The notes beneath the pieces are model-generated. The model ran no database searches, was not told where the DNA came from, and saw only the letters and a list, made by a program, of their open reading frames with translations. From Octopus vulgaris (Eukaryota), in NCBI GenBank assembly GCA_951406725.2, contig OX597819.1:114762001-114826000 (forward strand): a stretch of DNA of 64,000 nucleotides, given 5' to 3'. The translations under genes and the position numbers were made by a program. This document shows, piece by piece, positions 13,665 through 26,688 of this stretch (positions are counted from its first letter, which is position 1; every line of letters starts with the position of its first letter).

Positions 13665-13867
13665 TTAAATTTAATTCACTTAACCACTGACTGGATATTT
13701 TGATGGGTTATGCTTATATCCACTAAAACAATGCTTAAAACCAAGTCTATTCTTTTATCAACGTGTCACAATATCAAGACCACCCTAATATTTGTGTACG
13801 TGTTTTCACTTTGGTTATTTGAAGTTTAGAAATCATTTCATGCTATTGTATAAATTCATTGCCTGTA

Positions 13868-14153
13868 CAGTGGAACCTGTTAACAAATTTAATTTTTTCC
13901 TGAAGGCTTTTCACCTGAAATGTCAGTAAATTAAAACTAATTTCCCCATAGGAAATTCAAGAGAGGGCATGGTGAATTCAAGCAGGGATGTGCACTAAGA
14001 AAAACCTAGGCAGCAACTATCTCCCTCTGATACTCCCAGCTTGCATGTTTGTTACTTGAGACACTGTTCATCACCTGAAATACTTGTTTAAAAAATTGTT
14101 CACAAACTGATTTGTTCATATTGAGAGGTGTTTGTTAAACTGAAGTTCCACTG
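13868..14153. mobile_element. pogo/Tigger-type MITE
   Basis: TA|CAGTGGAACCT ... AAGTTCCACTG|TA: imperfect TIRs with a TA duplication. Confidence 0.6.
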
Positions 14154-16313
14154 TATTAAGTTTTGATTGAAGATTTTTTTTAAATGATTTACATGATATT
14201 CAACTGATAGTATTCCATCTATGAATCTCGTTTGAATTATGTAATCTTCTATACTCTTTAAATTTCAACGTTTTTAAATTCACAAAAAGTAGATTACTAT
14301 TATTGTAATCTGAGAATAATTTAAGATTGATTCCAGCAAATCTCGCTGTGATAATCTGATTCTTACAGTAATAATTTCTTTTTGTGGGAAAATTGACATT
14401 TGTAGTCTTTATACTCCTAAAATTCATTTCTTCAGTATCCAGATGTTTTATCACTGAAGAAATTATTTTGGGTAACTACCATTCCTTGCTTTTGATAAAC
14501 AGAACCATTATTTCTCGTTTTCTGTCCTGGCAATATATCACAACCAAGTCACTGTCCTTCTGTATAATCTGCAAACTTATGAATTTGTAAAGATTAATTT
14601 CTTGTTGGGAGGATCAGATCAGAGAACCAATTGTTGCCCCAAACCCAGACCAGGTTTCTCTTGACCCTTCTGTTGTCTGACTAACCAGGCACTGTGTGTT
14701 GAGTGTGAAATCAAATTTTAAATTTACTTTTTTGTTCCAGAGGTTATCCTCTAAGCAAGACCCCAGACAACTTTAAGCACCCCCCCTTTTTTTTTAAATT
14801 TTTGTTAAGCAATATAAAATATTTTACTTGATGGTTGGACAACAGGGAAATTGTGTTTATAATGACTGAAACGAGTAAAAGTTATATACGAACCACTTTC
14901 ATATTCGCTTCTCTTATTTCCTTTCTCCTTTCTTTCTCACAAATCTAGCCTTGTACTTAATCACTGACTTTGTTAATCCCTTCAGTCTTTTGTCAGTTTG
15001 TCGAATATTGCATCATGCAGATTTTGTATTTGGTGGATGATTAACGGTCATTGAACTGTTCTTAGGGAGTGTCTTTGCATATTCACTCTCACGTGCTGAT
15101 GTATGAGTTTAGTGATTCAGTTTCTCCCCTCAAGGCATTTACTGGACGAAATTTAATCTAATTTACTGCCCCCACTCCCGTTCCACCTCACACCACATTT
15201 GTAACCCTTTGCTAATATTAACAAAAAAAAAAAAGTCTTTATCATCTGTTGAGTAGGAACCTCGCCGACGTTCGTTTAGCTTTTTATTTTCTGAAGTATA
15301 TTTGGGCAAATGAATTAAGTCCATCGACTACACCCCTCCTCATAAATCTGTCGCTTTGTAACATAGGAAAAACTTTCAAAATTATATTCATTAAAGGTCA
15401 CTAGCGTGTGTGTTGTTCAACCCACGGTCAGCTCTGATAAAACAAAGAAATTCCATCCGTTACCGTCCAGGGAACCCAGGACCACCTTATCCATTGTCCT
15501 TTTCCAAGATAGGTGGTGTGTAAATGGGAGATTTGGTACTTATTTCTAGCAGGTCGAAAATCCACGTAGAAGCTCACTCGTCTCGTATTTGTCACATTAT
15601 GATCTATAATAAGTGTTAATAAGTATTCATTAACCCATTAACCTCACATATTCCGTGTTTACGTCACAAACTTAATCTCTCTCCTTTCGTCACTTTGCCC
15701 GTTGAAATGTCTGAAAAATAAAGCTACATTTACAATAAAGAACTACACGAGACCACCTCCGAGTTACAAAGCAGATGTAACGTTATATATTAAAAGTTAT
15801 CTAAATACCGGAGGGTACATATATAAAAATGTACGAGGTGAATCGGGTGTGTGAGGGAATGACATTTAACTGTTTATTTTTTTTAACCTTGTTACAGAAT
15901 CCCGTGATAAGGTGCACGTGTTCAGTTTTGTATTAAAGGAAGTGCGTGGGCGGAAAAAAGTTTTTAAAAAAATTTTAAAATTGATAAATCAGTTGTGGAT
16001 GAAAATTTAAAACTGTACTCTTTATTATTTGAGCATAATCAATCATTTCTTCAATAACCAGTAAATTTCTTAGGACATTCAATCTAGTAAAAATGTTCCT
16101 TACAAAACACGACCGTTTCTCTTTTATTGTCAGCTGATTAAAACTAGAACAGTTGAAAGTTGACCCATCCCCAGTCTGTGCTTTAACTTCCTTATTCGCT
16201 CGCTCACTCACCCACGTGCGCGGAACCGCAAACATACACTTCAGGATCAAATTCTAGCGAAGGAGATAGGATATCTCTATCTGTAATGTTTTTAGCTCCT
16301 ATATAATATTAAA

Positions 16314-16512
16314 GGCGGCGAGCTGGCAGAAACGTTAGCGCGCCGGGCAAAATGCTTAGTGGTATTTCGTCTGTCGTTACGTTCTGAGTTCAAATTCCGC
16401 CGAGGTCGACTTTGCCTTTTATCCTTTCGGGGTCGATGTACTCGACTTAATCCCTTCGTCTGTCCTTGTTTGTCTCCTCTATGTTTAGCCCCTTGTGGGC
16501 AGTAAGGAAATA
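16314..16512 (+). mobile_element. SINE family A copy
   Basis: GGCGGCGAGCTGGCAGAAACGTTAGC...GAGTTCAAATTCC...GCCCCTTGTGGGCAG. Confidence 0.8.
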
Positions 16513-17568
16513 CATATAATATTAACTTTCTAAATAGGCTCTGGAACAGGGGGTGGGGCAGAAGCAATGAAAATGCTTTGAGCATCCTCTTGAAAAACTG
16601 GGTGTTGCACTCATTATTAAGTAAATTTCATTCTTGTGCTTGTGTATAATAATTTTTTTCAATGTATTATGGTGAACTGCATTGAGTATAATAGCAACGG
16701 CATCGTCAAACCCGGAATTAAATTACTCTGGTCTGATGTTAGGTGTATGTATACGAATATTGGGAGAATGGGGATGTTGACGAGGAGGCGAGGGACGTTA
16801 GTTAGCAAACAATATCCCTTGGCCAGCCACCACAAAATTGTTTAATAACAGCAATATAAGCAAATTGTTTTAAACTAGGGTAACAATTAAAAGGCAAATT
16901 GTCAAGTTTTTTTTATTAAAAGAAGACTCTTTTGCCATTTGCTTCCTGATAAATCCAGTATTAGGAAGAAAAGACTGGTGCACCTAAGCAAGTGCTTAGA
17001 TTGCTAAAGGTTTTGTTTTTAAACACTTTCATAAATATGCAAGGCTTTTTGCTGGCATAATTTCGTTACATCTATATTCCACAACACATAAAAACAACAC
17101 ACAGGCACACATTCAAGAACAAGCACGCACGCACACACAACCCATTAGCTTAGAGAGAGAGAGAGAAAGCAATAACGAGTGAATGAGAATAACGAAGAGT
17201 TAAAAAAGCGTAAAAATAATCAAAAATGAAATAAAATTAAACCCTAAAGAAATTTGTAGGGAAAAATTTTTTCCGAGCGAGTGGAGAGAGGACTTTCGAG
17301 GAGAAAAAACATTCATTATTTTTTTTTACTTGATTGTAATGGAAAAAAAAGTTTGGAAAAAATTTTGATTCATTTATTTTGAGTAATAGAAAAAGGTTTT
17401 TAAAAAAGATCCCATGTATCATGGTGAGAGAAACAAATTCATAAATACGGTGTTGGATATGGTTTCACTAAGGGTAATTTAGCTGTTGTTTTTAGCATAT
17501 CTCCACCGTTGGAGTTGTATTGAATGTTTTACAGCATAAAAAAAAAAAAAAAATGCACCGTTAAGGAG

Positions 17569-18549
17569 TTATTGGTGACCGACATCAGGAACAGGTATAC
17601 AGTCTTCCGGGTCATCAGAAACTTTGTATAATCTTGCAGCCTCCAAAAGAAAATTATGAAGTGAGTGGGTTGGCGGTGAGACGGCTCTCAGGAAAAGCAT
17701 CCGAGCGGCGTACTGCTTCAGATTGGCAAGCCTCATTCCGGGTCGAATAATGCACTTCTTGAGGCTTTTCCATAACTGCTCAATATTGTGCGTGTCATTT
17801 GATGTGTTAAGGGGATCACTGTGGTTAATCTGATAGTGCGTATAGCCCAGGTTGTCTAGGTTACTGTAGGTACGCCGACAGTCGCTATAGATTATTGATC
17901 CCTGTCTGATGTAGCGGGTTATGAGTTGAATGAGAGTCTTAACATCCCGTTTGTCGCCCTCGTCACATTCAGTTGACAGTGGAACCACAAATGCTTTTTT
18001 CGTCAACCGTTCCAGTCCGCCAAAAAGCCAAACCGTTTTCACAATCTTGCCGCGTTGGTATTTCCGACGGACCAGAACCGTTTCGTCAACCTCAACTTCA
18101 AGTCCCGGTCCTCCTATCACATTTTGTTGGTTTTCTGCCCAATACTGGCAGACCTCTGCACACAGAAATAACCAATCTCTGGAGGTTTTACGGGAGAGTT
18201 CAAGGTTTTCCATTGCCGATTTGATTGACCAGGATGGTTGGAGGAAGTGGTTCACAAAGGCCAAAAACTGCGAAGGCGGAAGACGGACCCGTTCCAGAAA
18301 AGTGTACTTAAATGTAGATATGGAGTATCTACATTGTCTTTTAGCCTGCCGACGTCGTCGCACCATTTTACCGCAGCGCCACAAGTTTGTCCCATTGCGC
18401 AAAGTACATGGGGTATTGCAGGTCGGACAATTCCGAGTAAGTGGCAGGACGCCGTGTTCGGTTAAAAACGCAAGAGATGCTTCGTCATTCTTGTAGAAAC
18501 TCCAAATACTGCCATTTAGATCGACTTCACAAGAGTCGCAACGAGCCAT
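17569..18549 (-). CDS. Merlin/ISXO2-like (DDE_Tnp_IS1595) transposase, 326 aa, uninterrupted
   Basis: Zn-ribbon (CPTC...WRC...C), IGGPGLEVEVDET, RRKYQRG, WLFGGLER, IIYSD, NHS and NIEQLW motifs; catalytic D, D and E present. Confidence 0.9.
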   Translation of the reverse strand: MARCDSCEVDLNGSIWSFYKNDEASLAFLTEHGVLPLTRNCPTCNTPCTLRNGTNLWRCGKMVRRRRQAKRQCRYSISTFKYTFLERVRLPPSQFLAFVNHFLQPSWSIKSAMENLELSRKTSRDWLFLCAEVCQYWAENQQNVIGGPGLEVEVDETVLVRRKYQRGKIVKTVWLFGGLERLTKKAFVVPLSTECDEGDKRDVKTLIQLITRYIRQGSIIYSDCRRTYSNLDNLGYTHYQINHSDPLNTSNDTHNIEQLWKSLKKCIIRPGMRLANLKQYAARMLFLRAVSPPTHSLHNFLLEAARLYKVSDDPEDCIPVPDVGHQ

Positions 18550-18630
18550 GCTTTAGGAGTAAGTCTTCGAAAATGAACACATGTGGCCCCGGTGCTCCGC
18601 GCTAGCTAGTCGTGACTAGTCGATCCTTAC

Positions 18631-18785
18631 TTTGTGTTTTTGTTTTATTTACTTTGTTTTAAAAAAATGATTTACTCTGTTTTATTTACTTTGTTTAAAA
18701 AAAATTTACTGTTTTATTTACTTTGTTTAAAAAATTATTTACTTTATGTAAAAAAAAAAAATTTATTTTGTGTTTTATCTACTTG
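18631..18785. repeat. ~30-bp AT-rich minisatellite (TGTTTTATTTACTTTGTTTAAAAAAA) enclosed by a ~28-bp inverted repeat
   Basis: 4-5 units visible; flanks GCTAGCTAGTCGTGACTAGTCGATCCT (18601) and AGGATCGACTACTTACGACTAGCGAGC (~18799-18825). Confidence 0.75.
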
Positions 18786-19427
18786 GCTAGGTAGTTGTAG
18801 GATCGACTACTTACGACTAGCGAGCTATCTCTAACTCAAGGGTGTAAATGTTTTTTTTTTTTTGTTGGAAGTTATGAGGCAACTAAGTCGTGTGTTACTC
18901 ATCTGCAGTTTTGCCACATCTTGTTTCTTAAACTTTTTTCCATTACTCAAATATGTTTATTTGGAGAAAATATTAAACAGACACGGAAGGTATCAAAAGG
19001 TCGTGAGATGTACTAAAAACTACAGCTAAATCGCCCTTAACTTTCTTCCATAGTAAAACCATATTCAACACCGTATTTAAGAATTTGTTTCTCTGACCTT
19101 AATTCATGGGATCTTTTTTAAAACGTTTAGCTACTGCTCAAATCAAAAATGATTAATCTTAAAATGTTTTTCAAAACTTTTCCGATGCACTGTTTTTTTC
19201 AAAACTTTTCCCCATGCACTGTTCTTTTCCTGACGCTTGTGCATTACCCTATGTACTATACATACACTTTAGATGAGTTGTTGTGCACCTGAGCACTGTA
19301 CACAATGTTTTATTATTATTATATATATTCCTACATAAGTGTGTATGTATATGTACATATATATAATGTGAGAATAAGATTAAGCTGGGCAAAGTTATTA
19401 CCCCTGCTGGCAACAAAGGGCCTATCT

Positions 19428-20664
19428 CTTAGCAATTTGGCAAAAGAGACTGACAGAATAAGTACCAGGCTCCAAAACAATAAGTACTGGGGTTGATTTG
19501 TTTGACTAAAATTCAGTGGTACCCCAACATAGCTGCAGTCTTATGCCTGAAACCAGTGAAAGATAAAATGTATACCCACAGGCATCACTCTTTGGTTAAG
19601 TTTGATTCCTAACTTCATAGTTTCAGTCCAATTGTGTGCTATCATGGGCAAGCATTTTCTATAGCTCTCATGCTGGAGAGCTGTCCAGGTTCCAGTTGTC
19701 TGTTTTGATATGGTTTCTGTGGCCAGATGCATTTCCTAATGCCAACACACTTTACAAAGTGTTAGTCTGCATGTATGTGTATTTACATTCACATATAGTT
19801 ACTATGTATATCTGTTTAGAGCAGTATTTCCCATTCTGGTGTATTGATTGAATTAGTATCACAGTGTTTCATCACCTGTCGCAATCCTTCATCATTTGGC
19901 ACAAACAGCAAAGAACCTCCTAGTCTTTGTGAATTGACGTTTTCTTATGACTCATTGTCTTCCAATTGGCAATAATTTTACAGTATTGACTTGGTGCATT
20001 TTATGATGCCATTTCTACATGAGATTTTCGTTGGAAAACCTAGTACCAGTTGAGGGCTGCAGTATCAGTCCTGCATCAATTTTTATTACTCTCTTACATA
20101 CATTGTATTTGGAGGGTTATGTCACCTCTAAAACTCTTTTGCATATTGTTGGGCTTAAAAAAAAAATCTGTAGGTTTAGGTTCAAATCTCATACCAAGCT
20201 ACTAACAAAAACCTTATGGGGCCTAAGTTTACAGCAGTACATTGGATATAACATTGTGTGTGTGTGCATGCTTGTCTTTGTCTCTGTTTGTCTCCCACCT
20301 TTGCTTGACAACTGTTGTTTGTGTCCCTGTAACTTAGCAATTTGGCAAAAGAGACTGACAGAATAAGTACCAGGCTCCAAAACAATAAGTACTGGGATTG
20401 ATTTGTTTAACTAAAATTCAGTGGTACCCCAGCATAGCTGCAGTCTTATGCCTGAAACCAGTGAAAGATAAAATATATACCCACAGGCATCACTCTTTGG
20501 TTAAGTTTGATTCCTAACTTCATAGTTTCAGTCCAATTGTGTGCTACCTTGGGCAAGCATTTTCTATAGCTCTCATGCTAGAGAGCTGTCCAGGCTCCAG
20601 TTGTCTGTTTTGATATGGTTTCTGTGGCCAGATGCACTTCCTAATGCCAACACACTTTATAAAG
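19428..20664. repeat. Local direct duplication of ~330 bp (19428-19760 and 20333-20664)
   Basis: Two near-identical copies of a chimeric SINE-fragment block about 905 bp apart. Confidence 0.85.
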
Positions 20665-21540
20665 TGTGTTGTGTGCTTTTTTATGTGCTACTGGTACAGG
20701 TACATTTTTACATGGTACTGGCACCTCTTAGCTGGGAGAGGAAGTGGATACATGGTTATAAAGGACATGCCTGAATGTATAGCTGGCAGTGAGTTCTCAA
20801 GTACAGCAAATGTACAGTCCCTTGTCATCTCCTTAGTCAGGCCCAGCATCTTTTGATCCTTTCTCATCACTTCATCTCATATATTCTTGGGTCTACTCCT
20901 TCCACATGTTCCCTCCCCAATTAGAGATTGGCACCTCTTTATTCAGTTGCTCTCATCCATATGCATCACATGACCACACCAGTGCAGTCTTCTCTTGTAC
21001 ACATCTGATGCCTCTTATACCCTGTTTTTCTTTTAAATCATTTACATTGTCATCCATGTACACTGACATTACTCATCCAGTGGAGCCTGCTGGCTTAATT
21101 TCTTTCAAGCCTTCACATGTCCTCATCATGTATATATATGTGTGTGCATATGTATGCCTTTGTGTTTTTCCCTTACCACAGTCTGACAACCGGTGTTGGT
21201 TTGTTTGTCTCTGTAACTTAGAACTTTGATAAAAGACTAATATAATAAGTACAAGACTTAAATACAAGTACTGAGGTTGATTTGTTCAATCAAGCTCTTC
21301 AAGGTGGTGTCCCAGCATGGGCACAGTCCAATGACAGAAACGATAAATATATATCATCATCATCCTTTGTCTGTTTTTCATACTGGTGAATTTGACAGGA
21401 GGTAGCAAGCCAGAGGGCTGCACCAGGCTCCAGTCATCTCCTTTTGTATGGTTTCTATGGATGGATTGATGTGCTTCCTAACATCATCCTCTTTACAGAG
21501 TGTACTGGGTGCTCTCTTGCATGGTGCTGAGATATATATA

Positions 21541-21990
21541 TATCACCATCGTTCAACGTCTGTTTTCCATGCTAGCATGGGTTGGACGGTTCAACTGGGG
21601 TCTGGGAAGCTAGAAGGCTGCGCCAGACCCAGTCTGATCTGGCAGTGTTTCTACAGCTGGATGCCCTTCCTAACGCCAACCACTCCGAGAGTGTAGTGGG
21701 TGCTTTTTATGTGCCACCTGCACAGGTGCCAGACGAGGCTGGCAAACGGCCACGATCGGATGGTGCTTTTTACGTGCCACTGGCATGGGGGCCAGACGAG
21801 GCTGGCAACGGCCACAATCGGATGGTGCTTTTTACGTGCCACCGGCACGGAGGCCAGCCAGGGTGGTGCTGGCAACGGCCACATTCGGATGGTTCTCTTA
21901 CATGCCACCAGCACTGGTATCACAGCTACAATTTCCATTGATGTTGAACGATTTTGATTTTCACTTGCCTCAACAGGTCTTCACAAGTAG
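21541..21990 (-). mobile_element. RTE 3'-UTR insertion, minus strand
   Basis: Reverse complement of the 4729-5102 type sequence with 4 tandem units. Confidence 0.8.
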
Positions 21991-22540
21991 GGTTTGTGTC
22001 ACAAGAAGGAAAGTTATATATATATATATATATAAATAATATATACAAGAAGGAAAGGTATATATATATAAATAATAGCATATTACAGTCCTGGGGTTAC
22101 CTGTTCATAGGAACATGGGCTGCTTAGAATAAAGATACTCAGTGTGAACATTTATGTTTTAACAAGGAGTCTAACAAAAATGTACTTTGTTGGATTCATT
22201 GTTTTCAATAAAATATCATAAAATACATTCTGATATAGACAGGCAGAATATTGTTAGCACCAGCAGACCCAGCGTAATGTCCAGAATGCTGCACTGTCCT
22301 ATATTCAATTTGTGCAGACAAGATGTCTTAAACGATAGCCATGCAAACTGCTACAATATTGATCTGAGATTATCAATTAAGAATTTTAAGGTATGATCAC
22401 ACACACAAGCATCTATATATGACGTTTTAATCTCATTACATCATTTTGATATGTTTAAGTGTGATTTTTCTTTGTTTGGCACAAGACCAACCTTTGTAAA
22501 GGACAGGGCTGAATTCATTCAACCCTGTGTATTGCTGGTA

Positions 22541-22593
<53 letters not shown>

Positions 22594-23199
22594 AAGGGGT
22601 AGTTGATTGAATTAACGGTACCAGCTTGTGTTAGTAGCAGCAGTAGCAGCACTTTTGAAATGTTATTTATTCATAGTTCATTGATTATATATTGGTTATA
22701 GCACTATAGAAAGTCAGTTTCTATATTGTGCGCTATTTAGTTTTAACCCTTAATATTCTTTATTCTTCTGAGACATAAATGTTTCTGCTGATCATGTCAC
22801 AGTCTATATTCCAACTTACTTCTGAAGGGTGGTGGCCATGCATGCATAAAACACTTTCTCCACTTCTCAAATTCTAGGTTCAACTTATAGCAGTTATTAA
22901 ATTTTCATGTCCTTCCTAAGGACCCAATCTTGCTACCAGTGTACATGATTCCTTAGTTCTCGCACATAAGCTAAATATTTTGTCACTCTGAATTATGTTA
23001 GTGACTAGCTACAGTTACTTCATATGTCCCTGGCAGTCCATACTCAGAATAACCTTGACATCTTTCTTACTTCTGATAATAATCTCTACATCAACTCTAT
23101 TGTCTCATTCTTATCAAGATAATATCTCTTGCACTGTTCAGTTGTACTTAACTGATACTTCAATACTTTTTGTCAGCTTTGCAAGTTCAATGCCAATTA

Positions 23200-24130
23200 T
23201 AGCAGCAAATGTTTCTCCTATGATCCATTTTGGGTAGCTTAGCAAGTGGCTGAACCCATTCTCTTACTTATATCCTTTCTCACTCCTCACATAACTCAAT
23301 CTTTAAAGGTACTGCAGGAGTATACTGCTCTTCACATCCAACACCTCAAAGATAATGGAAATGTTTATAAAGAATCACTCCTTTGTTTACTTAAGTCTTT
23401 CCTTTAGTAATAATTGGCATGATTTATGCAGAACAGATCTACTGGACACTTGCTTTGTCATTTATCTTTGTGCCATTATCCTTGAGAATTTTAAAAATAA
23501 CGCTCACTTGACATCAAAGTTTAAGCTGTCTGGTATAAAAACCTCTTTGCTCAGTTTTCCAATTATGGTCTCCATTCTTTGCTCATTTCTTGGATTGGTA
23601 ACTTTCTTTAAATTTACATTACAACATATACCAATGGGGTCTTCTCACCTCGGGTGTACCTCAAGGTTAGGCTGTCTCACATTCTCTAACTTCTGTACAT
23701 TAATGACCAACTTACTATTCCTTCTAGCTCACACATGCAGGTAGAGCACTCTTCACATTTGCACATAAACATAAAAAAAAAGCTTTGTTCAAGGCCTACA
23801 CAACTTCATAAACAGACCTTGAGAAGTGGTTTCAATATTTACATAACTCCTTCACCATCACAAATTGACAATTACTAAACACCTTAAGGGAAACAGACAT
23901 ATTTTCTTCTCTCTACATCTTAACATCACAAACCTAACTCCACAGATTTGCTTCAAAAGCTTGACTGCCTGATCTTTCATTGTCAAAACTGCATCATAAA
24001 GATTGATTAATCTTTGGGGGTTAGGAGCATCAGCCCAGATCAGTTAACAACTCTGTAAATCTGAAGTTATCTATATACTGGAGTTCATATCTAAAATGGT
24101 GCTGCTGCAACACAAAAGCATTTAAGCATC
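23200..24130 (+). mobile_element. Highly decayed CR1/L2/Jockey-like LINE RT remnant
   Basis: Translated fragments WYKNLFAQFSNYGLHSLLISWIGNFL (~23531) and SGVPQG...LYIND (~23650-23708). Boundaries approximate. Confidence 0.6.
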
Positions 24131-25740
24131 AAAAGGTCATTTGAATAATTGGTAGATTCACTTAACCAGCACACTGCAACCTCTTACTCATAGCCTTACA
24201 GTTTCTTTGCCCTACCTCTCCTATCACTACTATAACATCTCTCTCTCTCTTTCTCTCCCTCTCTCTCTCAAATATGTTTCCTTTCTTGTTATCTCCTTCA
24301 CTCTCTTTCCAGGTCTTTGTCTAAACTTAATCCAATCCTTCCTTCTCACTACTGAATCCCTCAATATGCTCACTATCCATGTTTTTCTGGAAAACACTAT
24401 TTAAATTAATATCAGAATACAACCTGTAAAGATTGTGCACTGATTTTTATATCATCATTTAGTGTTCTTTTTTCCATGTTGGCATGGCTTGGACGATTTG
24501 ACTAGAACAGATGAGCCAGAGGGTTCTGCCAGATTTTATGTCTGGTTTAACATAGTTTCTACAGTTGGATATCCTGCCTAACACCAACCACTTAAGTGTA
24601 CTGGGTGTTTTACATAGCACCAGTTAAGTTCCCACAAGATATGACCACTCAACTGAGCTGGGTATAGATTGGAGGAATAAGAAACTATGATACTGTTTTT
24701 CATCATATAAATGCATAATAAAAATAAATAATTCTGTCAAAGTAACATAGCTATTTGATGAACGTCAATCAATAAATTAAATACTATGGCTGATATCATT
24801 GCCAGTACTTTTGAAGGCAGTGTTCCAACATGGCTGCAGTCCAATGGCTGAAACAAGCGAAAGAATAAACAAGCCCATAAAATTCTTCAAATCCTAACAT
24901 CCATGTATTTAGTAGTTGCTTTTTACTGATTCTTTTCATTGGTGTTTAATATTGGTTTGTATAGTAATTGGATTGGTTGGTTATTTCACATCCAAATGAT
25001 TGGGTTAAATTCTGGTGTGCCACACCTGGAACAAGTGTCTTCTACTGTGCACACGTGTCCCTGCTTCGTCTTTTTTTTTTTTTTTGTACTAGTCTAAAAG
25101 CTAGTATTTAGTTTGTCACTTCATATACTGTTGCTTAATTGTTTGGTTAAGAGATTGATAAAATAAAACATAAGACAGAAATCCACATCAACTGAAAGTC
25201 TTGATGGCAGTGCTCCAGTATGGCTGCAGTCCAGTGGCTGAATTCAGTAAAATATTAAAAGTAGTTGTAAGGGGTTGAGTTGATGTGGTACTGGCTTCTT
25301 GGCTGAAAGATTTTGTCATCAGTGCTGTTGCATCCATGATCCAGTCATGCAGTTCTCTCTGGTTCAATTCACAATATTATTGACCTATATATAATTATAG
25401 TTCACTTCTCAAATGAAGGCTTCTTGTATAATTGAGGTTGTTTTCTGTTTTAAATGCAAACCTGGACCCAGAAAAGGCTATTAGAAACCTCCTTAGTATT
25501 TAATCTCTGACTAGGGTCTGCTACTGTCTTGGTTACACTTGCAGTTAGATTAAAGTTTTGGTTTTCATTTAGTCCCTTACATCAGTGCTACTCAAAGTGG
25601 TGGTCCACAGACCAGTGTCGGTCCGCAGCAAATTTCTAGAAAAGAAACCTAAAATGCTCATGTAATATTGTATTATTTGTTTACAAATTAAATGAGATAA
25701 AAAAAAATTATCAACTTTTTATTTATATTCATTATATATT

Positions 25741-26106
25741 AATAAATCTCTGAGCGAGATATAGACAGTAACTGCTCTATAACATAAGGGGGATCAGCCA
25801 TCTGAATGTGGCTCAGTGACTGTGGTTACTGTGAAAATCCCTATATATCCAGCCTGTAGAGGAAGTCCCTCAACGAAGAACGGTACTTGCCATGCATTGA
25901 CAAGAGGCAATAACCTCGAAACCGGTCCGTATGTAGTATCCGTATCTTCGGGGAGGCTGATCTCCCTTTGCAGGCTGGCAAGGACACCGAGATGGTGTCA
26001 GCCCTTCTGGTGACGTTGATGATCGCCTGGGGCTAAATGCATCAGTAACACACCCACCACCCCGCCCTGTCCCTAGCCACATTCAGATGGCTGATCCCCC
26101 TTATGT
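25741..26106 (+). mobile_element. Small Penelope-like non-autonomous insert with internal inverted repeat and hammerhead
   Basis: 11-bp direct flanks CATTATATATT (25730-25740, 26107-26117); perfect 32-bp inverted repeat 25782-25813 / 26075-26106; central hammerhead fold. Confidence 0.6.
25891..25933 (+). ncRNA. Minimal type I hammerhead ribozyme, U3-A8 variant
   Basis: CATGCA-TTGACAA-GAGG(CAATAA)CCTC-GAAA-CCGG-TC-CGTATG; GUC triplet; one stem I mismatch adjacent to the core. Confidence 0.6.
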
Positions 26107-26688
26107 CATTATATATTGTTTCTGGTATAAATTAATATTACAAAGAAATATTACTGATCCCTGGCACAGTGGGGAGGGGAGGAAACTGCCGGTACACCAC
26201 ATAGGATAGTTTGAGAAGCACTGTTTTACATTACCTTTGTTGTATAGTTTTTTTTATTTCTTCCATAAAAGGCTCCACTGGAAAACTGCTTCTTCATAGT
26301 GCTTATAAAAAAGTCTTGGAAAAGTTTCATTTCAGCATTGTGTGGAGTGAAAACATTGTTGGTCATGATTTATTACAAAACCTTGATCTAACTGTAAAAG
26401 ATTCTTTCATAGAAAAGTATGATAGGACTTTTACTGAGTAAAATCTTATTTTAAAAAAGATGTACTTCAAAGTAGGTTTATGTAGCAAGATCTCAACCTT
26501 CCACATCAACAAATTAAGATGATTGTAAACACTTCATGAAATTGTGCCGTAGTGAAAAAAAAAACAAAAAAACAAACATAGAAGTATTCTAACTCTGACC
26601 ATTCAACATGTATTTTAGGGGCTACAGTGGTCAATTTATTGGTTGTGTATCTCTAGGAGACCTATGATTTAAAATGTTTCATCAGTAA

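Larger units (their letters stand above)
17340..19175 (-). mobile_element. Merlin (IS1595/IS1016-like) DNA transposon with diverged long inverted repeats
   Basis: ~17360-17503 is an imperfect reverse complement of ~19005-19175 (e.g. ATAAATACGGTGTTGGATATGGTTTCACTA vs TAGTAAAACCATATTCAACACCGTATTTAA), flanking a transposase ORF. Exact termini and TSD not resolved. Confidence 0.7.
25583..26223. mobile_element. hAT-type MITE carrying a nested insertion
   Basis: TIRs CAGTGCTACTCAAA / TTTGAGAAGCACTG; imperfect 8-bp TSD CCTTACAT / TTTTACAT. Confidence 0.7.

Noticed and set aside
16314-16405. tRNA-like sequences at SINE heads
   Set aside because: They have A/B-box-like motifs but no complete cloverleaf and continue into SINE bodies; not tRNA genes.
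17930-18496. 188-aa + strand ORF and shorter overlapping ORFs
   Set aside because: Antisense shadow of the GC-richer Merlin transposase; no recognisable motifs.
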